IMG/VR virus record: IMGVR_UViG_3300020533_000001
Coordinates: 1 to 56,247 of that record
Strand: one strand, 5' to 3'
Source of the DNA: a virus
Taxonomy: Duplodnaviria > Caudoviricetes
DNA: 56,247 nt
In this document: positions 45,719-54,793 of the stretch, piece after piece
Position numbering within the stretch: position 1 is the first letter of the stretch
Layout: every line of letters begins with the position of its first letter
The notes under the pieces: model-generated
The model's input: only the letters and a program-made list of their open reading frames with translations
Databases searched by the model: none
What the model was told of the DNA's origin: nothing
Position numbers and translations under genes: made by a program

Positions 45719-46200
45719 TGACGATGGTTAGCACGTTCCTGTCTTTCCTCGCGGGTGGACTTCCCAAGATCCTGCAAATCTTCCAAGACCGTCAGGACAA
45801 GAAGCACGAGCTGGCTCTAGTCGCAGCCCAAAAGGAACGTGAGTTGGCGCTGGCTGAGCGTGGCTTTATTGCTCAGGCTCGGGTCGAAGAGATTAAGTTG
45901 GAGCAGGTTCAGGTGCAGTCCGCAGCCGAAGAGCGTGTGGCCCTGTATCAGCACGACATGGAAATCGGCAAAGGCGCATCGCAGTGGATGATCAATCTAC
46001 GGGCTTCGGTTCGTCCGGTCGTCACTTACATCTTCGTGCTGGAACTGGTTGCCATCAACATCGCTGGTGTGTGGTACGCCTACAACACGGGTGTGCCGTT
46101 TGCGGCTGCGATGGCCGAAGTGTTCTCGGATGACGAGATGGCAATACTTGCCTCCATCATTGCATTTCATTTTGGTGGTAGAGCGTTTTCGCAGAAATGA
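45715..46200 (+). CDS. Holin-like membrane protein (3-TM GTA-holin type)
   Basis: QDKKHEL, LRASVRPVVTY, hydrophobic helices, F.FG.R C-terminus. Confidence 0.7.
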   Translation: MMTMVSTFLSFLAGGLPKILQIFQDRQDKKHELALVAAQKERELALAERGFIAQARVEEIKLEQVQVQSAAEERVALYQHDMEIGKGASQWMINLRASVRPVVTYIFVLELVAINIAGVWYAYNTGVPFAAAMAEVFSDDEMAILASIIAFHFGGRAFSQK

Positions 46201-46685
46201 TTGGAGTTTATGCAATTAGGAATGTTGCCGTTGGTAAGGTATATATCGGCAGTAGTGGTGACGTTAAAAAACGAATCACTTGTCAGAAGTCCTATTTAAA
46301 AAACGGCAATCATCCGTCCACCATTCGTTCGCTTCGCGGAGAGCCTCAAGACGTATCCAAGTTCTCCTTTGACATCGTATGCCAGACCGACACCATTGAT
46401 CAGGCAAGGGAACTTGAAGAGTTTTTGCTTACGGAGATTCCACAGAATCGTCTTTATAACCTTGCTTCTGATTATACCGGCGGGCGGGTAAAGCGTAAAA
46501 ACAGAGAGCGATACAAAAACGGTGCAGCAAAACGTCTTGCTGACCCCGAGTTTAGAAACAAGTTAAGTCAAGCCTGTAAGGGTAAGCGTAAGATCGTCAC
46601 CTGCCCAAAGTGCGGAATATCTGGTGGTGGCGGCAATATGCGCCGATACCATTTTGAAAATTGCAGATATGAAAGTAAGCCCTGA
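46197..46685 (+). CDS. Free-standing GIY-YIG endonuclease with C-terminal Zn finger
   Basis: GVYAIRN..KVYIGSS..KR, LYN, CPKCG..MRRYHFENC. Confidence 0.85.
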   Translation: MIGVYAIRNVAVGKVYIGSSGDVKKRITCQKSYLKNGNHPSTIRSLRGEPQDVSKFSFDIVCQTDTIDQARELEEFLLTEIPQNRLYNLASDYTGGRVKRKNRERYKNGAAKRLADPEFRNKLSQACKGKRKIVTCPKCGISGGGGNMRRYHFENCRYESKP

Positions 46686-47148
46686 TCTTATTAAACTTGT
46701 GAAATGCCACGAGGGTGTCCGAACCCGCCCGTACCAATGCCCGGCGTTAATCTGGAGCGTGGGGGTGGGTCACGTAATAGATCCTGCTCACTTGGCGGTG
46801 AAGTATGAGGAGCGCAAGAATCTACCGATACCCGAGGGCTGGGACCGGGTTCTCACGATGGACGAGGTGGACCGGATACTTTCTCAAGACCTTAGCCGGT
46901 TTGAGCGTGGTGTGGTTCGACTTTGCCCTGCTGCTGTTGGCCGTCAGGGAGTCTTCGATGCTCTCGTATCTTTTGCCTTCAACGTGGGCCTCGGCAATCT
47001 CCAGCGTTCTTCCCTTCGGATGAAGACCAATCGGGGTGAGTTTGAAGAGGCGGCGGAAGAGTTCATGAAATGGACCAAGGCAGGGGGACGGGTACTTCCC
47101 GGTCTTGTCAAGCGCCGTCAGGATGAGCAGAGGCTATATTTGTCTTAA
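46669..47148 (+). CDS. Endolysin, GH24 lysozyme
   Basis: HEG..PYQC..WSVGVGH, FDALVSFAFNVG, KW.KAGG..LPGLVKRR.DE. Confidence 0.92.
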   Translation: MKVSPDLIKLVKCHEGVRTRPYQCPALIWSVGVGHVIDPAHLAVKYEERKNLPIPEGWDRVLTMDEVDRILSQDLSRFERGVVRLCPAAVGRQGVFDALVSFAFNVGLGNLQRSSLRMKTNRGEFEEAAEEFMKWTKAGGRVLPGLVKRRQDEQRLYLS

Positions 47149-47154
47149 TTAGGG

Positions 47155-47213
47155 TATAATCGTGCCCAAATAGTCTTGCCCGACTGGTAAGACGCGGGAC
47201 TAAGGAGAGGTGT
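47155..47213 (+). promoter_or_regulatory. -10 element and structured leader
   Basis: TATAAT at 47155; alternative hairpins before SD AAGGAG. Confidence 0.45.
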
Positions 47214-47861
47214 ATGCCTGCGTCGATGACATTTACCAGTTTGCAAGTGGACATCCGGAACTATCTTGAAAGAGGTGGTGCGACGGACCCTATTGTCTAT
47301 GAGCAGATCCCCCGGCTGATCACCCTAGCCGAGCGGCGGATTGCGCGTGAACTGAAGATTCAGGGATTCCAGACGGTGGTCAATACCACCATGCAATCTG
47401 GAGTAGCGGTCTACGCCAAGCCGGATCGCTGGCGCGACACCATCAGCATCAACTTCGGCACCGGGACGAACAACAACGTCCACACACCGGTCTTCCCGCG
47501 ATCTTACGAATACGTCCGTAGTTACTGGCCGAATGAGACAACGACTGGTCAACCGCTGTTTTACGCCGATTACGATTACAAGCACTGGATCTTCGTGCCG
47601 ACCCCGGCTGCGGACTACCCGATGGAGATCCTGTACTACGAACTGCCGCCGCTGTTGGACGACACGAACCAGACCAACTGGCTGACCGAGTTTGCGCCGA
47701 ACCTGTTGCTGTACGGGTCGCTGGTGGAAGCCACGCCGTTTGTGAAGGACGATCAGCGCGTTCAATTGTGGCAGACCTACTACGACCGGTCGCTGGCTGC
47801 GCTTAACGGCGAGGATCTCCAGAAGATCGTTGATCGGTCCACGAATCGCCGGGAGGCATAA
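47214..47861 (+). CDS. Tail adaptor-like protein
   Basis: IP..I.LAE.RI.REL, G.P.FYA, TNWL..AP..LLYG.L.EA. Confidence 0.75.
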   Translation: MPASMTFTSLQVDIRNYLERGGATDPIVYEQIPRLITLAERRIARELKIQGFQTVVNTTMQSGVAVYAKPDRWRDTISINFGTGTNNNVHTPVFPRSYEYVRSYWPNETTTGQPLFYADYDYKHWIFVPTPAADYPMEILYYELPPLLDDTNQTNWLTEFAPNLLLYGSLVEATPFVKDDQRVQLWQTYYDRSLAALNGEDLQKIVDRSTNRREA

Positions 47862-47864
47862 GAA

Positions 47865-49064
47865 GTGACCACTACTTACGTGAATACGTTCGGGGGCACG
47901 AACATCTATCCAAGCGATGTCTCGTACCGCTATGTATCGCTGACGATTGATCAGGTTCTGGACTGGCCGCTTGAAGCTGCTCCGAGCACCGATGTCGTTG
48001 CGAAGATCATGGACGTTAATGCGACGACGACCAGCCTTGTCATCACGATGCCGGATGCGACCGAAGCCGGTACGGGTGAGACGGTTCTCTTCAACAACGT
48101 CGGTGCAAATACGTTCACGGTTAAGACCGCTACCGGCACCGTCATCTGCGCACCGCAATCGGGAACGACCTTTCAGATTTATCTGACTGATAACAGCACG
48201 GTTTCGGGTACGTGGCGCTCGTTTCAATACGGCGCTTCTGTATCGGCTACGAATGCTGCTGCGCTGGCTGGATTAGGTGTCAAGGCCATTGCAACGACTT
48301 TAAATCAGTCGATGCCGGTCACTAGTTTTAGCACCAACTACACGACTGGTGCGAGTGATCGCGCCAAGGTTTTAGTGTGGACTGGTGGTGCTGGCACGCT
48401 GTCGTTTGATGGCGCTCCGGTTTTGGGGAGCGATTGGTTTGTCAATATTCGCAATAGCGGTACGGGCGATCTAACGCTTGACCCCAGCAGCTCTGAACAA
48501 ATCAACGGAGCAGCTACGCTTGTATTGTCGCCGGGTGACAGCGCCATTGTTGTTACTAATGGTGTGCAGTTCTGGACAATTGGCTTTGGTCAGTCTGCGG
48601 TCTATGCATTCAGTCTGCTTCAGATTGACATTTCTGGTAGCGGTGACTACACCCTGTCTGTAGCGGAACTGAATAAAACGGCTTACGTCTTTACCGGAAC
48701 GCTGACGGGTGATCGTGACGTTATTGTTCCGACTACTGTTCAGCAATACTGGGTTAGCAATCAAACGTCTGGTGCTTACACGCTTGGAATGCGAACTGCT
48801 GGACAAGCCAGTCCCGGCGTTACCGTAGCCAGTGGTGCAAGAGCCATTCTGTATTGCGACGGCACGAATGTGGTGGATGCTGATACGGCGACGATTGCTA
48901 TCCCGGTTACGATTGCTCAGGGTGGTACTGGAGCAACAACGGCCAGCGGTGCGCGAACGAACTTGGGAGCAACCACCATAGGCAACGCTGTGTTTACAGC
49001 AGCCAGTACATCCGCAGCCCAGATTGCGTTGGGGCTGGACCCCATTGAGGGCGGTACGTACTGA
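47865..49064 (+). CDS. Tail structural protein (fibre/baseplate-like)
   Basis: Beta-rich; GGTGATTASGARTNLG; C-terminal GGTY. Confidence 0.72.
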   Translation: MTTTYVNTFGGTNIYPSDVSYRYVSLTIDQVLDWPLEAAPSTDVVAKIMDVNATTTSLVITMPDATEAGTGETVLFNNVGANTFTVKTATGTVICAPQSGTTFQIYLTDNSTVSGTWRSFQYGASVSATNAAALAGLGVKAIATTLNQSMPVTSFSTNYTTGASDRAKVLVWTGGAGTLSFDGAPVLGSDWFVNIRNSGTGDLTLDPSSSEQINGAATLVLSPGDSAIVVTNGVQFWTIGFGQSAVYAFSLLQIDISGSGDYTLSVAELNKTAYVFTGTLTGDRDVIVPTTVQQYWVSNQTSGAYTLGMRTAGQASPGVTVASGARAILYCDGTNVVDADTATIAIPVTIAQGGTGATTASGARTNLGATTIGNAVFTAASTSAAQIALGLDPIEGGTY

Positions 49065-50674
49065 TGCCTCTTCAGCCGGTCATTGTTCGCTCTGAACCGG
49101 GTATCAAGCGAGACGGTACCAAGTTTGAGGGCAACTATTACGTTGACGGACAGTGGGTCCGCTTTCAGCGTGGACTGCCGAGAAAGATGGGTGGGTATCG
49201 TGCGCTTCAAGATCGCTTGGACGGTATTGCTCGTGGTATGCATATCCACAACCATAATGCATATACATACGTGCACATCGGAACGTCAGATGGTGTGTTT
49301 CGATTTCGGCTAGATCAGAACGGTCTGTCTAGCATCGTTACTAATAGAACTGATCCCTCGTTTGTTTCAAATGAAAACAACATGTGGCAGTTCGATGTGG
49401 CGTTCAACACCACAAATAACCAGAACGAGATTCTGGCGCATGTTGCTCCAAACGTAGCTGACATCTCATCGGATGCTCCGGGGCAATTGTATGTTGGCTA
49501 TGACAACGGCACGGCTCCGCTAACTCCGGTTCCGTCGCTGACTATCTCTGGCGGTATCGTTGCTCTGGCTCCGTATGTCTTTGCGTATGGATCGGACGGT
49601 TTCGTGCAGTGGAGTCGCGCTGGCTATACGGACGACTGGAGCGGTGGCGATGCCGGTGCTGCTCGGGTTACCAGCCAGAAGATCGTCAAGGGGTTACCGC
49701 TTCGAGCCGGTGCCGGTAATGCGCCAGCCGGTTTGTTCTGGTCGCTGGACTCTTTGGTTAGAGCTTCTTACGTAGGTAGCACTGCGGTATTCCAGTTTGA
49801 CGTTATTACTTCGCAGTCGAGCATTCTCTCATCGCAGAGCGTGATTGAGTACGACGGTATTTACTACTGGTGCGGTGTTGATCGCTTCTTGATGTTCAAC
49901 GGCGTGGTTCGCGAAGTTCCGAACAGTCTGAACCTGAATTGGTTCTACGATAACTTGAACTACGCCCAGCGCCAGAAAGTCTTTGTGTTCAAGGTTCCGC
50001 GCTGGGGCGAGATTTGGTGGTGTTACCCGCGTGGTAATGCAACTGAATGCACCCATGCCGTTGTTTACAACGTGCGCGAGAATACGTGGTATGACACGAT
50101 CCTACCCAATAGCGGACGCTCTGCCGGTCAGTACGCTCAGGTCTTCAGCTCGCCGCTGGTGGTTGGAGTTATTGACACCGAAACCGTTGGCTATCGCGGA
50201 ACGCAAACCAGCGAGCTTCGCGTGACGGAAGACGATCAGCCCCGCATCATCAACGACCCCAAGGGCTACGTGGTGTGGCAGCATGAGTACGGTACCGATG
50301 AGATTAACGGTACTCAGATCCGCCCCGTTCAGTCGTTCTTTGAAACGGCGGATATGTCGCTGCTGACTTCTGAGCAACCGCAGAATATGGCGGTTCGCAT
50401 TGAGTACATGGAGCCAGACTTCATTCTCTCTGGAAACATGACGGTGCAAGTCACAGGTCGTGCAAACGCCAGAGCCGGTGAAGTCACAAGCGATCCGCAA
50501 ATCATCTATGCAACGCTGACCGACCGCCAGCAGCAGTTGGTTTACTTCCGCGAGATCCGTCGTGAGATGCGATTCCGGTTTGAGAGCAACACGCTGGGCG
50601 GTAATTACCAGATGGGCCAGATCATCGCCCACATCGAACCGGCTACGGGTACAGTCCTTGGAGAGAATCCATGA
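49064..50674 (+). CDS. Tail nozzle / DNA-stabilisation protein (beta-propeller-like)
   Basis: PGIKRDGT..WVRF..G.P.K.GG, EIWW.YP..C..VYN..W; size and position. Confidence 0.72.
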   Translation: MPLQPVIVRSEPGIKRDGTKFEGNYYVDGQWVRFQRGLPRKMGGYRALQDRLDGIARGMHIHNHNAYTYVHIGTSDGVFRFRLDQNGLSSIVTNRTDPSFVSNENNMWQFDVAFNTTNNQNEILAHVAPNVADISSDAPGQLYVGYDNGTAPLTPVPSLTISGGIVALAPYVFAYGSDGFVQWSRAGYTDDWSGGDAGAARVTSQKIVKGLPLRAGAGNAPAGLFWSLDSLVRASYVGSTAVFQFDVITSQSSILSSQSVIEYDGIYYWCGVDRFLMFNGVVREVPNSLNLNWFYDNLNYAQRQKVFVFKVPRWGEIWWCYPRGNATECTHAVVYNVRENTWYDTILPNSGRSAGQYAQVFSSPLVVGVIDTETVGYRGTQTSELRVTEDDQPRIINDPKGYVVWQHEYGTDEINGTQIRPVQSFFETADMSLLTSEQPQNMAVRIEYMEPDFILSGNMTVQVTGRANARAGEVTSDPQIIYATLTDRQQQLVYFREIRREMRFRFESNTLGGNYQMGQIIAHIEPATGTVLGENP

Positions 50675-50904
50675 GCCTGCTGACAGACCCGCGCTATCAC
50701 AAGCTTCAGGACTGGGCTGATTACACAGTCTTTGATCTTGAGCGTTACGGTCCTATTGCTCGGCTTGAGAAAGAGTCTGAGTGGCAGAATTGGGCGGCAG
50801 GCATTATTGGTATTAACGGTATCTCGCAGCAAAACCCACCGTCGCCTTATCAGTTTGATGACTGGCGTGAGTGGGCGCTTCGCTTTTATCAGGTGCTCGA
50901 CTAA
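50671..50904 (+). CDS. Small Trp-rich virion protein
   Basis: WQNWA..PSPYQFDDWREWA. Confidence 0.7.
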   Translation: MSLLTDPRYHKLQDWADYTVFDLERYGPIARLEKESEWQNWAAGIIGINGISQQNPPSPYQFDDWREWALRFYQVLD

Positions 50905-53801
50905 TGGCTATACGATTTGATGAATTTGATTTTGGAGATATGGGTGGTTTGGATTACTACAACCCGTATCAAACTATCACTCCCGAAGTGATGGTCAATC
51001 CTTATCAAAACTATTATGAGCCTGCTCTGCCCAGCGTTCAGCCGGAGCCGTCTTATTACACTTACGGTGCTGTCCCCAGTGCGGATGTTTTTGATTACGA
51101 GGCAGATAATCGCAGAGCTTTTGAAGAAGCTGAGCGTATCCGCGTTGCGGAAGAGCTTCGTCAAGCAGAGCTGATTCGTCAAGAGCAAGCTCGTCAAGCA
51201 GAGATTCAGCGCCAGCAAGAGATGGCTCGTCAAGAGGCTGCGCGTCAAGAAGCTATTCGTCAGGCTGAGCTACAGCGTCAAGCAGAACAGCAGCGTCAAG
51301 AACAGATTGCTCGCGAACAAGAGCTACAACGATTGGCTCAACAGCAAGAAGTCGCTCGTGTTGCGCAAGAGCAACAAGCTGCTCGATTGGCAGCGGAAGA
51401 AGCTGCTCGCGTGCAAGAGCCTGTTGGCGCTTTGACCCCAGTGCCGGAGCCGGAGCCTTCGGTTAAGGAACCTATTGCAGAAAGTCCGGAGCCTGTTGGG
51501 GCTTTGACTCCTATTAAGGAAGAACCCATGTACACAAGCGCATTACCATCAGAAGAGCGAAACATAGTCACTGCGCTTCCGGGAACAAAGCCTGAGCCGG
51601 GATTGCCGGTAGAAGAGCCAGTTGTTCCGACTCCTTTTGTGGAAGGCGCTGATGTTCCCGCCAGCACCGGCCTTAACATGGGTGCGCTTGACGAACTCTT
51701 TGCGAACCTTCGTAAGACAGAAGAACTGCAAAAGATGGCGCTTGAGCCGGGTCTTCTTCAGCAAGGGTTTACTGGCGCAACTGGTGCGCCGTCCGCTCCG
51801 ACTGGAACCGGCATTTATGTTCCTCAAGCTGCGCCGTCTGGTCCCGCAATTGATTTTAATGTTACGCCAGAGATGGCCGGTGCATTGCAGGCCGTTGCGC
51901 GTCCCGCTGAGATTACTGCTGCTGAAAGGGCTGCGGTTACAGAGAACCCGCGTGTTCAAGCATTGAATCGGATTAGCGGTTTGCTTGAAGCGGATGACTT
52001 CCGTGGTGCGTTTGATGCTGCTCTTCAGGCTGAACAAGATCTTGGTGGCGACTTTATTGGGAATCTCGTTGACCCCAACAAGATGAAGATGTTGCGTGGT
52101 CCGATGGATGCCAACGAGATTGCTAAGTTCTACAACGAAATGCCTGAGAGTGTATTTACCGAAAGGTATTTAGGTCCGGGTAACGAGTTCAAAAAAGAGC
52201 AGGCTATTGAGCGCAACATTGCTGCCCTTGGTGGAGAGGCTGGTTACGCTGACCCGACTCTTGGCGTCAAGAAAGAAGAAACGCTTCTTGGAAAACTGCC
52301 AATTAAAGAACTGGCTACTCTTGCTGCAATTGCAATGGGGGCTACTGCTATTCCGGGGCTGTTTGGCGCTGGCACAACTGGTGGTACTGCTGCTGGCGGA
52401 GCTACTGCCGCTGGTGGAACTACGGCTGCTGGTGGAGCAACTGCTGCCGGAGCCACTGCCGCCGGAACTGCTGCCGCTGCTGCTCCGTTAGCAGAAGTTG
52501 TTATTACTGCGTCTAAGCTTGGCCTTACTATTCCCCAAGCGGCTACGCTTCTTGCTACTACCGGCGCTGGGGTTAGTGCTTTGGGTGGTGGTGCTGCTCC
52601 TACTGCGCCGACTACGCCTACTCCAGAAACGCCGCTTGATGAAGTGGTTGTCACTGGAAAGAGGGCTTTGGACCCCGCGTTGCGTGGCTTGCTTCCAACT
52701 AGCTTGGCATCGACTAACTTAGTTCAAGGTGTAAGCGATATTCCGACGGACATTTATGGTCAGCCGGAAGCGGTTGAAGCTACTGAGCAGGTCAAAGAAG
52801 AGCCGTTTGAAAATCGCTTAGATGAGGTTGTTGTTACCGGCAGCAAATATCAACCCGGCGTTCTTGATTTAGCAAAGATTGGTACTGGCGGTTTAAGCGC
52901 AGCAGAATTGCTGAAAGGCTTTACCGAACCCACTCTTCGTCCATACGAGAAAGTTGTGCCTGAAGGGGAGCCAATGGATGAGGTTATTGTTAAGGGGACC
53001 AAGCCTTCTCCGATTGATCTTGCCGGGGTTGGCGTTGGCGGTCTTACGGCTGCTCAGCTTTTGCAAGGCTTTACTCAGCCAAAGGTTGATCCATTTACTG
53101 GAGAAACAAAGCAACCGTCTAAGACAGAGCAAGAGCTGGACAAGATTCAGGATGCTCTTAAAAAAGGCACCCCAATTCCGGGTACTGGCGGAGTAATGGA
53201 CAGGCTTAGAGGTCTTCTTGATCAATACGGAAGCCTTGAGAACGCTCTTAAACTGCTCGGCGCATTGGGTTCTGCCGGAGCCAGTTCTCCTAAGGCTCCG
53301 ACTGGCGGCTCTGGAATCGGCACTGGTGGTATGGGCGGCGCGTTGCCCAAGTACACCTACACCCGTCAGCAGTTAAGCCCGGACATTGATTACTACACCT
53401 ACGGTACACGACCGGAGGCGAAGTTCTTTGACTACACGACTCAGCTTGAGAAGCCGGTACAGCCTGAACTGCCGCCTGCTAAACCACCGGAACCCGATAT
53501 GGTAATGGCTACGGGCGGTTTGACCGGCTACGCCAAGGGTGGCTCCAAGAGTTCCCGCTACGTAGATGGTCCCGGCTCGGGACGGGAAGACAAGATCCCG
53601 GCTCTCCTGAGCGATGGGGAATACGTGATTGATGCTGAAACGCTGGCTCTGCTGGGGGACGGCTCGACCAAGGAGGGTGCTCGGCGCATGGATAAGTTCC
53701 GTGCTAATATCCGGAAGCACAAGGGTCGTGCCCTATCGCGTGGCCGGATTAGTCCAAACGCAAAATCGCCTAGCAAGTACATGGGCGGAGGGTTGACCTA
53801 A
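50904..53801 (+). CDS. Putative ejection protein: coiled coil, hydrophobic Gly/Ala segment, four TonB-box-like motifs, tape-measure-like C-terminal domain
   Basis: Q/E/A/R coil; LDEVVVTG-type repeats; YAKGG..GPGSGREDKIPALLSDGEYVI; TAATG-coupled start. Confidence 0.75.
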   Translation: MAIRFDEFDFGDMGGLDYYNPYQTITPEVMVNPYQNYYEPALPSVQPEPSYYTYGAVPSADVFDYEADNRRAFEEAERIRVAEELRQAELIRQEQARQAEIQRQQEMARQEAARQEAIRQAELQRQAEQQRQEQIAREQELQRLAQQQEVARVAQEQQAARLAAEEAARVQEPVGALTPVPEPEPSVKEPIAESPEPVGALTPIKEEPMYTSALPSEERNIVTALPGTKPEPGLPVEEPVVPTPFVEGADVPASTGLNMGALDELFANLRKTEELQKMALEPGLLQQGFTGATGAPSAPTGTGIYVPQAAPSGPAIDFNVTPEMAGALQAVARPAEITAAERAAVTENPRVQALNRISGLLEADDFRGAFDAALQAEQDLGGDFIGNLVDPNKMKMLRGPMDANEIAKFYNEMPESVFTERYLGPGNEFKKEQAIERNIAALGGEAGYADPTLGVKKEETLLGKLPIKELATLAAIAMGATAIPGLFGAGTTGGTAAGGATAAGGTTAAGGATAAGATAAGTAAAAAPLAEVVITASKLGLTIPQAATLLATTGAGVSALGGGAAPTAPTTPTPETPLDEVVVTGKRALDPALRGLLPTSLASTNLVQGVSDIPTDIYGQPEAVEATEQVKEEPFENRLDEVVVTGSKYQPGVLDLAKIGTGGLSAAELLKGFTEPTLRPYEKVVPEGEPMDEVIVKGTKPSPIDLAGVGVGGLTAAQLLQGFTQPKVDPFTGETKQPSKTEQELDKIQDALKKGTPIPGTGGVMDRLRGLLDQYGSLENALKLLGALGSAGASSPKAPTGGSGIGTGGMGGALPKYTYTRQQLSPDIDYYTYGTRPEAKFFDYTTQLEKPVQPELPPAKPPEPDMVMATGGLTGYAKGGSKSSRYVDGPGSGREDKIPALLSDGEYVIDAETLALLGDGSTKEGARRMDKFRANIRKHKGRALSRGRISPNAKSPSKYMGGGLT

Positions 53802-54793
53802 TGGGTGTTCTAGACTTTCTGTTTGAGGGCAGCGCCCCAACACCGGGTAGCACAAGCAGCAGTACCCAAATCCAATTGCCAGAGTGGTACACCCAGTACA
53901 CCACAGACATGCTGGGCCGCGCTCAGGGCGTTGCTAACCTTCCGTATGCGCAGTACACCGGCCCTCGGGTTGCTGGGTTTACCCCGACAGAGAAGACCGG
54001 CTTTGAGATGACCAAGGCAGCGGCTGGCTCATATCAGCCGTTTTTAGGACAGGCTGGTGAAGCTTTAGCGGGAGCGGGTCAAACCTTCCCTGAGGCTGTC
54101 AGTGCATACATGAATCCGTATACCCAGAACGTGGTCAATCAGATCGCGGAGCAGGGTGTGCGCCAGTTACAGGAAAAGTATCTCCCGGCAATTGGACAAG
54201 AGTTTATTCAGGCTGGACAGTTTAACGTCGGCCCCGGCTCAACTCGTATGGGTGAGTTTGGTGCGCGTGCGTTGCGCGATGTCCAAGAGGCTGTGCTGGG
54301 CGAGCAAGCCAAGGCACTTCAAGCTGGGTACGGACAGGCTGCGGACATATTCCAATCTGACGCTGCTCGTAAGGCTCAATTAGCAGGAACGGCTGCGGAC
54401 ATTGCTGGCATGGCGCAAAAATACGGCTTGACCGGAGCCGAAGCGGTGGGTGGCGTTGGCGAAAAAGAACGTGCGATGGGGCAGGCCAATCTCAATCTGG
54501 CGTATCAAGATTTCTTGCGTCAGGAAGGCTATCCAAAAGAGCAGATCAATTTCTTGGCTAGTGTACTTCAAGGCGTTCGATTGCCTCAGACGACGATTGA
54601 GCAAACAACCGAAATACCTGCGATGCCGGGGGATGCTTCAGCCATTGAGAAGGCAATTTCTGGCGGGGCTGGCGTTGGAACTTTGATTGATATGTATAGA
54701 AAGTATTTCCCGTCTAAATCTGGCGGAACTGATACAACAAATTACAGCGACTTAGCTGATTACCTTAGCGGTCTTCTCGGCGGAGGCAAGTAA
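53801..54793 (+). CDS. Putative ejection/pilot protein
   Basis: LPEWY, Y.GPRVAGF, YMNPY..VV, Q/A/G-rich helices. Confidence 0.7.
   Translation: MGVLDFLFEGSAPTPGSTSSSTQIQLPEWYTQYTTDMLGRAQGVANLPYAQYTGPRVAGFTPTEKTGFEMTKAAAGSYQPFLGQAGEALAGAGQTFPEAVSAYMNPYTQNVVNQIAEQGVRQLQEKYLPAIGQEFIQAGQFNVGPGSTRMGEFGARALRDVQEAVLGEQAKALQAGYGQAADIFQSDAARKAQLAGTAADIAGMAQKYGLTGAEAVGGVGEKERAMGQANLNLAYQDFLRQEGYPKEQINFLASVLQGVRLPQTTIEQTTEIPAMPGDASAIEKAISGGAGVGTLIDMYRKYFPSKSGGTDTTNYSDLADYLSGLLGGGK

Noticed and set aside
51130-51420. Q/E/A/R-rich quasi-repeats as a nucleotide repeat array
   Set aside because: Explained by a coiled-coil coding sequence.
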